Positions 50,665 through 64,000 of a stretch of DNA of 64,000 bases are shown here, piece after piece (the first letter of the stretch is position 1; the number at the start of each line of letters is the position of its first letter). Source of the stretch: Mustelus asterias (taxonomy: Eukaryota); contig NC_135821.1 in assembly GCF_964213995.1 (NCBI RefSeq), positions 78,492,001 to 78,556,000 of the forward strand, given 5' to 3'. The notes beneath the pieces were generated by a model. It saw nothing but the letters and a program-made list of their open reading frames with translations, did not search any database and was not told the origin of the DNA. The position numbers and the translations under genes are program-made.

Positions 50665-51737
50665 TGTCTATAAGGAGAGAAAAGAGCTGACGTTTCGAGT
50701 CTAGACGACCCTTTGTCAAAGCTTAAATGCAGAGAAAATGGGAGATGTTTATACTGCAGGGTGAGGGAGTGAAAGATGAGTCATAGCCACAGAAACCAGG
50801 GAAACCAGTTAATAGCGTCCACAGAGAATGTGTGAATGGCCAAACGGCAGAGAAGCTAAAATGTTGTTGGTGGTGGTGGTGGTGGGGGGGCGGGGGATGG
50901 GGCAGAGGTAAGATTTAGAAAAGGAGACGCAAAGGGGAAGAAAAGGGAAGGGGTGGAAAGTAGGGGGAAAGAGTGGAGGGGGAGGAAGAAAAATGAAGAA
51001 AGACAATAAAGGAATAAAAGGTAGAGAACAGTAAAAAATTAAAAATAGAATGAAAACAAAGAGGTCGAGGTGGGGTAGAGCAAATCATCTGAAGTTGTTG
51101 AATTCAATGTTGAGACCGGAAAGCTGTAAAGTGCTTAGCCAGAAGATGAGATGCTGCACAATATAAACAAATTGGGTCTCTTTAAAGAGGTGACCAAATA
51201 TTGTGCAGCAGCTCAGAGAACATTTCTTAGAGAACAAAAGTGTTCTCTAAAATTATGGTACGTTTTGATACAGTAGGCGCAGAATCTTTTCAGAGCAAAA
51301 CTAGAGACCACCATTTCAAAACTGACACCAAGAAAGCAAATAGGGAATTCCAAAGAAGCTTATTTACCAATTGTGGTGGAAATATAGAATATGCTGACGC
51401 AAACATAGAATTTCACAAAGCACTTTACGGCCAAAGAAGTACTTTTTGAACTGTAGTCAAAGTTGTAACATAGGAAATGTGGCTTCCAATTCATTCACAG
51501 CAAGTTCACATGCACCAACAGGCATCTGATTATCACCAGAAAATGTTTTGGTGATGTTGATTGTGGCATAAATGTTGGCAGGGGCAACAATATGATTCCA
51601 CTGCTCTTCTTCCAAGTAGTGCATTGGGATCTTTTACATCCACGTGAGAGGACAATCAGAACCTCGGTTTAGCATCTCATTTAAAAGATGGTGTGACAGT
51701 GTAGCACTCCCCGCAGTCCAGCACTGCCTTGATTTCT

Positions 51738-51945
51738 CCACTTACATTGTCTGTATCTTTAAGATCTGGTTGGTTGTAGGGATTCGCAGTCTAATCAGTA
51801 TTCTGTAACTTGATTTTGTGTCTCTGTGCCCTGTTTGAGAGCAGATTTCCACTCCATCTGACGAAGAAGCAGTGCTCCGAAAGCTAATGGTATTTGCTAC
51901 CAAATAAACCTGTTGGACTTTAACCTGGTGTTGTTAAAACGCTTA
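51738..51945 (+). mobile_element. Family-A Penelope pLTR fragment inserted in a DeuSINE
   Basis: TSD CTTGATTTCT (51728-51737 / 51946-51955); hammerhead core near 51858-51887. Confidence 0.85.
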
Positions 51946-52689
51946 CTTGATTTCTATACACGTGTCAACTTTTGACTCAGAGATGAAGGTGCTATCAATT
52001 CAAGCACAGGTCACAATACAGGAGAGCCATCAAGAATTAGGGAATTTAGAAGAAACATTGTTAGGTAAAAGGCAATTAAAATGTGGAACCCATTACTGCA
52101 GAGTGGTGGGGAAAGAAGTATAGATGCATTTAAGGGGAATCTGGATAAACACGAGACAGTAGAGAATAGGGGGTGGCACGGTAGCACGGTGGTTAGAACT
52201 GCTGCTTCACAGCGCCAGGGACCCACGTTCGATTCCTGGCTTGGGTCACTGTCTGTGTGGCGTTTGTACGTTCTCCCCGTGTTTCCTCCGGGTGCTCCGG
52301 TTTCCACCCACATTCTGAAAGACGTGCTAGTTCGACCCGAACAGGCAGTGGACTGTGGTGACTAGGGGAATTTCCCAGTAACTTCATTGCAATGTTCATG
52401 TAAGCCTTACTTGTGACTAATAAATAAACAAACTTTTTAGAATGTGTTATTATTTCATGGGATGTGAGCAATTATTGCTCATTCCAAATTGTCCTTGAGA
52501 AGATGGTGATAGCCACCTTCTTAAATCAGTGCAGTCTATGTGATGTTAATGAATTTAGATGGGATAAGGCAGCATAAACAGCAGCATGGACTATTCGGGC
52601 CGAATGGTCTGTATTGTAGTTAAAAATAGAAATCCTCAGCAGAGCAGAAAGCATTTCTGGTCAGAGAGAAAGTGTTAATATTTCAGATC

Positions 52690-53300
52690 GGCCGCTTTTG
52701 ATCCGAGCCGGTAAAGGTTAGAGGCAGGATAGGGGGTGGTGGAGAGGGTGAAGGCTCCCTGGTACCTCGGCCATCTCCCAGGACACGCACCAAATGGCGG
52801 CTGCGCCGTCCCGCCTCCTGCACCAAGATGGCGGGCGCGGCGCTGCGCTGCGATTGGCCAGCGCGCCATTGTGACGCGGCTTCTAGTGGATTCTATGGGC
52901 GGGGCCGGAGGGCGCGCGTGCGCACTCGCTGCCCGGCTCCGTTGCCCGCCTCTTTCTCTCGGTGCAGTTGCCGCCATGTCTCGGTACGCACGCCCGCCCA
53001 ACAGCTCCCTGTTCGTCAGGAATGTCGGCGATTGCACCAGGTGAGGCCGCGCGAAGGCGGCGCCAGCTTCGCGGGGGAGCAGTCCCCGCCCGAGGGGCCG
53101 CGGCTTTCTTTCTCTTTCTGTCTCTGTCGCGGGGCGGCTTTTCTCCGGCCCCCGAGTGTAGGCCGCGCCGCGGTCCCCGGCCTCGCCTGGCCCAGAGCTC
53201 AGGCAAGGGGGGGCAGCGAGGTCGGTGGCTGCCTCATCCACTACCTTTCTAAATGTCCTGCAGCTCGGGAATGGGGAGCGGCTCCGCCTCAGGCAGGATC
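52690..53300 (+). promoter_or_regulatory. CpG-island, TATA-less promoter of the SR-protein gene
   Basis: The densest CpG stretch outside repeats. YY1-type motifs at 52791-52801 and 52824-52834, inverted CCAAT 52852-52857, GC box 52897-52904 and NRF1-like GCGCGTGCGCA 52914-52924. Confidence 0.88.
52976..53040 (+). CDS. SRSF10: SR splicing factor 10, coding exon 1 (65 nt)
   Basis: Kozak GCCGCCATG; MSRYARPPNSSLFVRNVGDCT(R); donor CAG|GTGAGG. The paralogue SRSF12 cannot be fully excluded from 57 codons. Confidence 0.88.
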
Positions 53301-53514
53301 TCTCGCACTTTTATCAAATAAACTAGGTCAACGCTGGAGTTATTTAATTAGACGCTGGGGATAATGTCGACTCCAGTAACGTGGGCAGGTTATACCCGCG
53401 CTTTTCTCAAAGCTTCCTCACTCCAGATTCACTTTGTCCCGGGTTACAAGCAGTGGAACATTGGAGAAAATAAATGGTCGACGTTTAAATGTGGCATAAA
53501 TATTTGTAAAGAAA

Positions 53515-54010
53515 AGCAGGTGTATTTATAGCACCTTTTCATGCGGGTATTATAAAGCAGCATTTGACACCGCGTCTCACAAGGACATTGGGGCAGATGG
53601 TTCAAAGTTTGGTCAAAGAGACCGTTTTAAGGGGCCTCTTAGATTTAGGAGGGAATTCCAAATCTTGGGGCCTAGGGCAGTTGTAAGCAGGGCTGCCAGT
53701 GGGGGAGTAAAGGTAATTGGGGATCTGGCAAGAGGCCAGAATGTTGAGAGATCTTGCATGGTTGAGCTGGAGGTGGTCGGGGTCGGGGAGGGCTGAGACC
53801 ATGGAGGGATTTAAAAATAAGGATGTGAATTTCTAAAGTTGATTTGCTTTACAGTGGGAGACAATGAGCGCAGAGGCAATGGGACTTTTGAGTTAAGGCT
53901 CAGGCAGTAGAATTTTGGTTGGTCTCAAATTTATGGAGCGTAGGGCATGCGGAGACCATCCGGGACTGTGTTAGAACAGTCAGGTGTAGAGGTGGCAAAG
54001 GCAAGGGGTA
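53515..54010 (-). mobile_element. Old L2-type LINE 3' fragment in intron 1
   Basis: ATTTATAGCACCTTT start and GGGAATTCCAAATCTTGGGGCCTAGGGCAG typical of L2 3' ends; similar pieces at ~18640-18780 and ~43355-43420. Confidence 0.6.
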
Positions 54011-56610
54011 GATGACAGTATAGATTTTAGTGAGCTATTTTGAAAAGTAATTGTTTGGATGCTAGTTGAAAGAATTCTCTATACAGTGCAGTCTTATGCA
54101 TTTCAAGTTGCTCTCTGAATTTAATATTGTTTTGTGTGGTCTACATAGGATAGATATGTCAAAATATTTGGTTTAGATTTGAGTTTACACTACATTAAGA
54201 CATTTGTAACCTATGCATCAAAATACATGCAAGGATTCCCAACATTTTGTTAAATAAAATGAGTTGATATACCTTGTATGCTTCAAAGGTTTTAAAAACC
54301 TTGTGAATTCTTGCTTTGTGGTGTTTTGTAACATTTGTATACTTTTGAAGTTCTTAAAAGTTATAATTGAAATTGGTATGGTTTTAGTGGGGTAAATTTG
54401 AGCCAAATTTAGTGATCATTGATTTTATTTAAAAATTTGATGCAATTACGTTCAGTAAATTTGCCCAAAGTATCAACAGTGGGAGAAGGGGTAAAGTGCA
54501 TTTTTAAAAAAGATTCCAACAATTAAATACTTGCTAACACCTTGTTGAGGATGTATTCATCTATTAGTGAGACATAGATCTTGTGGTCAAAAAAAAATTG
54601 GATTTTAGTAATGCCAATGTTTTAAGTGCAGTAATGAATTAGCTTCAAATAATTGTCCCAAAAGAAAAGCATGTACCATGACCACACAACTTGATTATCA
54701 AAATACCTTGCATCTGAAGGTATGGTTCTGAATTATCCATAAATCTTTGAAATAGAAAAATTATTTGGAGTTTAGTAAAAGCATTAATAGTATACCATGT
54801 ATTAGAAAAGGTCAACAGATGGAAAAAGTATTCTTAACTGGGTTGGATTATTTTATATCAGTTGGTAGCTATATCCTATATGTTCCATCCAAGTTAATAT
54901 TATTTGTAGTGCAGTACCACTGAGATATTTAATTGCACAAATAAAAATCCAAACAGATTAGGCTTTTCATGAGCTTTGACAAAAGGTCATCTGGACTTGA
55001 AGCGTCAGCTCTTCTCTCTCCTTACAGATGCTGCCCCAGATCGGCTGAGATTTTCCAGTATTTTCTCTTGGTTTTAGGCTTTTCACATATTCCTTGTGCT
55101 CCAAGTAGTGTGATTTCCTGTTCAGTTAATGCTTTCAAATAAGGTTTTATGCTAGCTTGATTTTAATTATTGCTAATTTTTGACTTCATATTGGTATGAT
55201 TAATAGTGGATTATTTCGCACTCTGGGGACATCACAGCCCTTTTATTTAGCTAACATTTGCCTAGGATGGCTGCTCATGATAATTGGAGTTAAACTCTAG
55301 CCTGGAGCATGCCAATTGTGTGCTTGCTGTTGCCCAGCTGTTATGTAGTGCCTCAATACAGATGGAAGGTTGAACTTTCCTTTTTTAGATGCAGTTCTGC
55401 ACTGTGGTGCATTTTCCCATTGAATTATTATGGGAACACTCACATTTGATTTAACTTGGAAACGGCACACTTTCAGTAAAATATTTCAACAAACACTTTC
55501 AGCCAGTAATTAGACGATAAGTTGAATGCTGCTCTTGAAGAAAATAAAAATGCCTTATCATTCTCTTATTAGTTAAGGTTTTTATAACATGCTGAAGTAT
55601 TGTATCCCATCTCTAGAGAATTTGACTTTTGAGTGGGGAGTACTGCTTCAGCCTATCAGATAAATGCTGAATAGAATCTGTTGTCTTAAAATGATAATCC
55701 TTTTCCAAAACTTTGTACCACAAAAGGGATATATAATTTTTTAATAATGTTAATCTTTGAACAAAACATGTAACTTTCTACCTGGAAAATAGGGATAAGT
55801 AAGATGGTAAGCTCATTTATTCTCATTAATTATACAGTGAAATTGTTTTATCTAATTGAACTAAATTAGACTAAAGGCTATAATGAAATTAATTTTATTG
55901 TTTAATTTTCTTTTTTGAATGATATTTAAAAATGTGGTAATGAATGATTCAAACATTCAAATTTGGAAGCACTTGATTTGAATAGGTGGAGCTGGTGCTA
56001 AAGGTTCCTTTAAAATCAAAAATTGATCTGGATGAGGATGGAGACAGATTGAAGAGGCTGGGAAAATTCTAGTATGCTTAAAATTAATTTGGATTATAGC
56101 AATTAATCTGATCTAATTGAGTTCAATATTAAAATGAGATGCAAACATCAATGATACAAAATGATAAACTGTGGACAGGCTGGAAATTTCAGGAGAGGCA
56201 GCAGGACCCGAGTGGCTAGAAAGAGTCAACTGAGAGACCCTGACTATTGATAAAATACTGGAGAAGAGGTGCAAGATAGTTACGCAGGTTACATTGGATG
56301 TGACTTTGCAGCTAGTTCAGAGGCACACAAAGCCAAATCTTTTGGTTTAAAATTTGTAGCAGTTGGTGACTAGTCAAATGAAAATTAATGTTTGAATGAT
56401 ATTTAAAATGATTCGGGAATTGGTAAGACCAGAAGAACCATAAATCTGTTAACATTGAGGCATTAGTAAGTAATCCCATTTTTAAAATGGAATGTGTTGC
56501 CATTTTGCTCACCCGGAAACCAATAACTTGATTGATCCTATTCCTGACATCCTGTAGACAGTTTACAAGTTGATTTGATGTTCCAAAGCAAATCGTTTAG
56601 ATGGTTGTAG

Positions 56611-56862
<252 letters not shown>

Positions 56863-59254
56863 TAAGGTCTTTTCACTGTATGATGCATTTGAATGTCAAG
56901 TTCAATCTGGTTCAATATAGCTCTGTTCTTTTGGAAATTGCTGCTTGGGGCCGGGATCATATTTAAGAGATAATGCCAAGGGCATGTGTTTGTTGCTATA
57001 TACAGTCTCCACCGCTCATAGTGGTCACGCTTTTATGAACGATTTGCCCGCTGTTTGCAGTGACTAATATAACATGGCATTGCTATCATATGGTTATACA
57101 AATTTTAATTCTTTTGCTGAGCAATGATCTTAACTAAACTCTCATTGTAGAGTAAATCTTTTTTAAAATTGAGCTAATTGATAGTCTAGTCAGTCAATTT
57201 CACTGAAGCATTAATATTGCAACACAGGAGAACCTATCCACTCTAAACCAGTTTCCCTCCTGTGCCTTAACAGTTGAGTGGTTTAGACCAGGATTGCTCC
57301 CAGTCCAGTCATCTCCTTCCTTGACCAATGTCTGCACAGGTCAAATAGTCAGGATAGGTTGTTGCCCTGAATCTAAACCCCTCTCTTGGGAAAAAAGATT
57401 CTCGACTGGCTCTCATAGAAATGAGGAGTCCAGTTAAATTTCAATCCTGTAAATCATAGATCCTGCTTTAATTTGATCAGCGTTTTATTGAGATGAAGTT
57501 TCACAGTAGTCAGTGTAAAAATATAGATAATTTGTGGTGTTAGCAATTCCTAATACAGCTTTTTCTGTCCAAACTAAAGAGTACTGCAGATGCTGTGACT
57601 GGCAACTTTGAAATTGACAGTGCAAATAAATAAAAGTTTTTGCTTTCTGTGTGATGTAATCCACTAACTGTTTGAACGTGGGCATTTTAAGTGTTGGGGA
57701 CTGTACAGAAGTCTTGCATGTGTGGAAATTTGTATTTGAATTAGATGCACTACGTCATGCTAGCTGTGGTGACTGTAATTAAATGTCTTGAATATTGCTG
57801 AAAAGAAAGACACCAAAAGAGAAAATGCTGGAAAATCTCAGCAGGCCTGGCAGCATCTGTAAGGAGAGAAAAGGGCTGACATTTCGACTTGAAACGTCAG
57901 CTCTTTTCTCTCCTTACAGATGCTGCCAGACCTGCTGAGATTTTCCGGCATTTTCTCTTTTGGTTTCAGATTCCAGCTTCTGCAGTAATTTGCTTTTATT
58001 TATTGAAAAGAAAGACATGTTGCCAAAGCTTTTCATCTTGTACTCATCAAGAATGCCAGATTTATCAAGAATGCCAAATTTCAAATGATTGCAATTTATA
58101 CTGCCAAAGAAAAGGTGCTGATCAATTGGCAAGTTGACTCTGGCCAAGGTGTTGCAGTGCAGAAAGCAATGGGGAACTGTGGGCTCCCTTGCTCCTGGGT
58201 TATTCAAGAAAGCTGCAAAGCTTGAACGTGTTTCTTTTATTTGCAGAGAAGGGGTCTCATCAAGTGGATCCATGTCGCTTCTTGCAAGCGTAGATGAGTC
58301 ACATGACTTAAATTGGTTTGTCTCTTCAGCAATATTCAAGTTCTGTACTATCAAACAACAATTAAATTTCTGATAAATCTGGAAGCTTTTTGGGAATGGC
58401 CAGATTATAGTTCATGCTGAAATGTAATAATTCCAGTAAAGGGGTATGAAGCAGTATTAGAGCTGTTACTCAGGGCTATTAGCATGTGAATACTGGCATA
58501 AAGATGACCTAGTTGGTTAGCGCACACTTGTAGCAATGTAATATAATACACTGCTTAGAGATTAGATGCTGTACACTGACGAGTGGAAATTGTTTCATGC
58601 CCCACTTGCCAGATCCTGAACAGCCAAAACTTAATTACAAATCGAACAAGTTTACAAACAAGAATTTGATATTCCCGTGCCACTGCATTTTATTACAACA
58701 TAGGGAAATATGCATATTGCAGCATTTTGCATCTTAAATCCAACAGTTCCAATTTCTTATGCAACTTTACACATCATATTTAAAAGGTTTGATTTTTAAT
58801 TGTTATGTAAGAACATAGAAAGTAATAGTTAATGTAGTTTTTCCTCTAAAGATAAATAAGGCATCCTGCTTAGCTTGTACTATCATTTTAACCTAGTTTC
58901 CAAAAGTGTTCCAATGCACAAATGAGAGGCTGTGTAATAAGTGGTGACCATACAAATTTTAAATATTTTGGCTGCTTGGTTAAAGTCTCAAGTGAATGAT
59001 GGCTTTGTGCCTTTAAAAGTAAAAATAATAGTCTGAATCTGTGTGATTTAAATTTAATTTAGGCATTTAAAATTCGTGATATTGTAGCAGTAGTGAGCAT
59101 ACTAAATGCTTAAAATCCTGCATTAAATGCAGTAGTGCTACATTTCATATAGGCAGTAATAGAAAAACTCTGAAACACCTGGAATTTACACATTTTGTCA
59201 GCATGAAAGTTGCTTAGTAGAAATCCTGTTATTATAAGTAAAGGAAGACTTCCT

Positions 59255-59680
59255 TTGCAGTATAGCTGCTTTTGTGCCCACCAAATGTCCCAAAGCACTT
59301 CATAGTCCGTGAAATGCTTTTGAACTATAGTCACTTGTCATGTAGGAAACACAGCCAATTTGTGCAAAGCAAACTCCTGCCAACAGCAATGTGACAATGA
59401 CTAGAATCAGTTTTGTGATGTTGATTGAGGGATAGATATTGGTCACGACACCAGGGAGAACCCAGCTCCTCTTCAAAATAGTGCATTGGTATCTTTTACA
59501 TTCATCTGAAGGGGTCTTGATTTAACATTTCATCTGAAGGATGGCACCTCTGACAGTGCAGTACTCCCTCAGTGCTGCACTGAAGTGTCAGCCTAGATTG
59601 TTGTGCTCCAGTCCTGTGTGGACCTTGACCCACAATCCTCTGACTCTAGCAGAGCTACCAACTGAACCACAGCTGATTTT
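59255..59680 (-). mobile_element. DeuSINE (SacSINE1/AmnSINE1-like); second copy ~51405-52010
   Basis: Deu-domain-like ACTCCCTCAGTGCTGCACTGAAGTGTCAGCCTAGATT; the two copies are mutually homologous. Family assignment is from memory. Confidence 0.7.
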
Positions 59681-60198
59681 TTTTTAAAGTCATTTGGATT
59701 CACATTAGAAATGTGTTGGATGATACAGATTCAGATGCATGAGCCTTTTGCTTCCCTAAATCGACACCAGTGTAAATTTCTCCAATTCCCTCTGGTCCAC
59801 TCTTGAGAAGAGCAAATGCAAGCCAATATTTTTTATTTTCATTTCAGTTTGGATTGTTTTGTTATTTGTTTTTGAAATGTGAACACCACTGGCAAGGCCA
59901 ACATTTATTGGCCATTTCAATTGCCTTTTGAGTATGTGATGGTGACTATCCAATGGTATTCTGTCATTTCAGAGGACAATTAGGACTCGGCCACATTGCT
60001 GTAGGCCTGGAGTCGCATGTAGGCCAGACAGAATAGGAATTGCAGATTTCCTCCCCTGTAGGGCATTTGTGAATCAGATGAATTTTTCATTACAACATAG
60101 CAAAATGATCATTATTAATAAGACTAGCAATTTATTGATTTTAATTCCTCCAACTGTCATGGTGAGATTTGAACTCTACTCTCTGCATTATTAATCTT

Positions 60199-60383
60199 AG
60201 TAAGAAGTCACAAAACACCAGGTTAAAGTCCAAGTTTATTTGGTAGTACGAGCTTTCGGAGTGTTGCTCCTCCTTCAGGTGAGCGACACTCCGAAAGCTC
60301 GTGCTTCCAAATAAACCTGTTGGACTTTAACCTGGAGTTGTGAGGCTTCTTACTGTCCAACACCAGCATCTCCACATCATCAT
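60199..60383. mobile_element. Older mini palindromic family-A Penelope insertion within a SINE
   Basis: Inverted arms, decayed tail, imperfect TSD (TAATCTTAG / TAAGTCTTAG). Confidence 0.75.
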
Positions 60384-63300
60384 AAGTCTTAGCCTTTGGA
60401 TTCCTTGTTGAGTAACCCTGCGATATGTCATTGTCCCTGCCTTCATTGAGATTTGTAGACATAAGTTTTTATGGATTTGATAAGTCAGTCGTAAAGGGAC
60501 CAGGACTTTGTAACTTAAATACTAGGAATTGGCGTGTTTGTGTATTCTGAATTAAAAACAGCTTTACTTTCTGGCTGTGAAGTTAGTCATGGAAGGCACT
60601 TACTTTCTAGTACGTTAAACATACCATGACCACCTGAAGGTGGCACTGTTTGCTACACCAAATTGATTAATAGGATTGGATCTAGTCTTCCGTAAAAGCT
60701 AACGTATACATATTGGAAGCAACCTTCCTGTGGGAAAATTGCATTTCCATTACGGGACCAGTATAAAGGTTTGTTATATTGCAAAATGTTCCATTGATAA
60801 ATATGTCAAATCCAACCTGTTAGTGACTTTTAACTGAACTAGTTTTAATAGAGGATTCTTTTGGTAATGCACATTCTCCTAAAATCTAAAAATGTAAATT
60901 TTTAGAATGGGAAGAATCTTTGAACATTTTAAATTGAGGTCAAATCCAGTGAAAATCTGAACACTTGGATTTGCAGCTCCACTGATTTGGCCTAGTAACA
61001 ATAACACAATAGATGTCCAGTCATGATTGTGTGCGACATGAAGATAGTATTTCCTCGCACTTTGCTTGTACTGGCATAAAATTCATGGCGAGTTTCTGCA
61101 GCGCATCCTGTATATAGTACACACTGCAGCCGGTTGTGGAAGCAATGAAAGTTTAAGCTCGTCTGTTGGGTGCCAGTCAAGCAGCTTGTTGGCTGTTGCA
61201 GTTCAACCAGTTCAGGCAAGTGGGAAGTATTGCATCACACTCAATTGACTCGTACCCTGTAGATGCTGGGAAGGAAGTGAGCTACTTGCTACAAAATCCC
61301 TAGCCTCGGACCTCTAACAACCATAAAAATTGTGAGATTGACTCAGTTGAACTCCTGGTCCTTGGTAACCCCTAGGATGTTGATGGGTTTCTGGCCAGTT
61401 TAATGCCGTTGATTGGGGCCTATCATGCAGGAGATAGTCATTGTCTGGCACTCGCGTGGCGCTAATGTTCATGCCACTTACCAAACCTGGCTGTTCTCCA
61501 GTCCTTGCTGCATTCAGGCTTTTACTGCTTCATCTGAGGAATTACAAACTGAGTTGAACATTTCAATAATCAGTAAAGAGCTCCTTAAGGAAGGAACATT
61601 GATGTAAAAGCTCAAGATAGTTTAACCTTGCAGCAATGATATGTAGTTGAGTTACTACCTATCTTTGTGTCAGATATGACAGCTTCTGAACAATTTCCCC
61701 CGATCCAGTTGACTTAAACAGAATTCAGCTCATGTCCTTGTTTCGACAAGGGCTGTAAACAGTTCTGGAGCTGGACAGTTTAGTGAAACCCAAACTGAGT
61801 TGATGAAGAGAAGATCATTGAGCCATTTCCCCTTGATAGCGCTGTTGAAGACTGTTCATATGACAGGCTTGGGATGATTGGATGCTAGCTAGCAGGCTTG
61901 AACTAGTTCTGCCTTTTGTGGGCAGAATATACCTGGGTGATATTCTACATCTGGTAGATACCAGTGTTATAGTTGTACCGCAATATCTTGCTGGGCACAA
62001 GGTCTTTCTACAGCTGGCATTTTGGGAAGGGCCTGTAGCTTTGCTACTTTAAACTTAAAGGACAGCTTTTCTTTGAAAAATAAGCAATTCCCTTTGAGCA
62101 GTCATATATCCAAAATTCAAGTCACAAAATCTTGAGGAATGGCCTGCAATAGTTTTATTTCCTTATGTACCTTGAGAAGATTTTTTGCAGTCACTTCAAG
62201 CATTTGGAAGAAAGTTTATGAAGTTAGTTGTGGACAGTCAAAGGCTGCATTGAACTGTACTAAAGGTCTGAAGTCAATTATTGCAGCCTGTTTGCATTGC
62301 CTGACTGAAACATCTACTTTGCTGTCCAGAGGAATGTGTTGTTGCCCGTGGGTTATATACAAGTGTTACATGCACTGGCACACTCTTGTGTTGTCATTTT
62401 GAATTAAAACAGAATTCTGCGTCAAAAGGAGTTTTGAGCCCCCATCCCAGTAAATCTTTGGACTAACGATAAATCTTCCAACTGACCAGTGACTTTTTTG
62501 AATTGTGAGAATTTCATCTCTTGGCAAGTCCTTTTGAGGATAAATTGACAATGTACAGATCAAGATAGAGTACTTTATTTTCTCCAGAGATTCAGATACC
62601 TTTAATGCAAACGTATAGGATCAGTGTTGTATAAACAATTAATTTTGACTTTAAACAGAATCAAAACTTGAGTAAGATTTTAAATTTAAAAATTGGCGTG
62701 CTCTTTTTAACTTGCCTGATCATACTTCCATGCCTGTAGATGTTTGTTGTGTGCAGTATATTCAGATCAATTAGTTTCAATTCAATTCCCGCTTTGTTTT
62801 ATTTACATTCAAATCATTGGATAATTTTATATCAAGGAATGACAGTAGATTATATTGTGAAACAGGTGTTGATTTAGCCTTGCATTATATTCTAGAAGAA
62901 ATTTGCACATGACAAATCTTAAATTTCTTACTGGTGTGGTTTAAATTGGGGTGTTAATCCTCCGCATTCCACACATTTAAGTCAATAATTGCATCTGCAC
63001 GCTTAATTACTATGAGCTGAAACTTTCAAATGAAGCTTCTGCATTCTATGAAATTGTACATAATTTACTTAAGTTTTTTTAGTTTAACAATTTCATTCAA
63101 GAGACCATAACATTTGTCCAAGGAAGGCTATGATAGCTATGCAATTTTGAGAAACCGTAGGTCCCAAATACTACAAAATTTCAGGTCAGTTACCATGAGA
63201 TCATCAATCTTTAATGGGTTTTTATTATTTTATATACTGCGCATTGAACTGAGAAAACCAGACTGAGCATTAAAATGCACTTTTGTAAGAAAACTTTTTT

Positions 63301-64000
63301 AAAAATAAAAATGGAGAAAGTAACTTGAGGATTGTTGCATAACAGAATGTTGTGTGGTAAGTATTTTGGTGCTCATTTGGAATAACCTAGATATTAAAAT
63401 TAAAGATTAAAGCAATAAAGGGCGGCATAGCAGCACAGTGGTTAGCACTGCTACATCACAGCGCCAGGGACCTGGGTTCGATTCCCGGCTTGGGTCACTG
63501 TCTGTGGAGTCTGCACGTTCTCCCTGTGTCTGCATGGGTTTCCTCCCACAGTCCGAAAGACGTGCTGGTTAGGTGCATTGGCCATGCTAAATTCTGCCTC
63601 AGTGTACCCAAACAGGCCCCGGTAGTGTGGTGACTAGGGGATTTTCACAGTAACTTCATTGCAGTGTTAATGTAAGCCTACCTGTGACTAAAACTTTATT
63701 TTAAAGTTGGTGTAATGTTCCTGTTAATATAAATGTTTTGGCAGGACTAGGAAACTTACTGAATAAACTAGTGGCTATTATGCTTATAATGCAGAAACAA
63801 TCATACTGCTCCAGTTTGTGTAACTAATGTGCTGCTTGATGAGTTGGTGCTGCAGGGATTTGCTGGTTCTGAATTTATGTAGTGCACCCCATTGTTGCTT
63901 GTCTAACATTTTTTCCCCTCTTTATATTATGCTGTAAGGTATGTATTTCTAATCAGAAGTTCATCTAATTCATAGAAAATGTGACAACTTTTAGCTGTTT

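Noticed and set aside
36410-52600. Exons of a further host gene (e.g. MYOM3, which neighbours SRSF10 in mammals)
   Set aside because: No Ig/FN3-like or other recognisable host peptide seen; short exons could have been missed.
52675-53364. Several long overlapping ORFs around the SRSF10 start
   Set aside because: Expected from stop-codon scarcity in a CpG island; only 52976-53040 has recognisable homology.
57264-57290. GCCTTAAC as a possible U12 branch point
   Set aside because: Not followed by AC plus the expected FEDVRD-coding exon.

Overview
Vertebrate genomic DNA, most likely from a cartilaginous fish (shark). The evidence is HE1-type V-SINEs, shark-type CR1 LINEs, DeuSINEs and Penelope-like elements. 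There are two host loci arranged divergently. On the - strand are two tandem beta-type connexin coding exons (6647-5871 and 558-<1) with candidate duplicated non-coding leader exons upstream. On the + strand is the 5' part of an SRSF10-type SR-protein gene: CpG-island promoter, exons 1-2, then a U12-type AT-AC intron running off the window. The rest is densely filled with mobile DNA. Main observations: (1) a conserved U_UUA_AAC slippery heptamer at the ORF1/ORF2 junction of three divergent CR1 copies, with an AUG-less -1 frame ORF2 in the two intact junctions, suggesting programmed -1 frameshifting; (2) a sharply bounded homogenised tract making both connexins' extracellular loops identical while their N-termini (Asp2 vs Gly2) diverge; (3) repeated insertion of one hammerhead-bearing Penelope family into nearly the same position of another; (4) a duplicated-leader / duplicated-CDS connexin layout. 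All alignments were done by eye and repeat boundaries are approximate.
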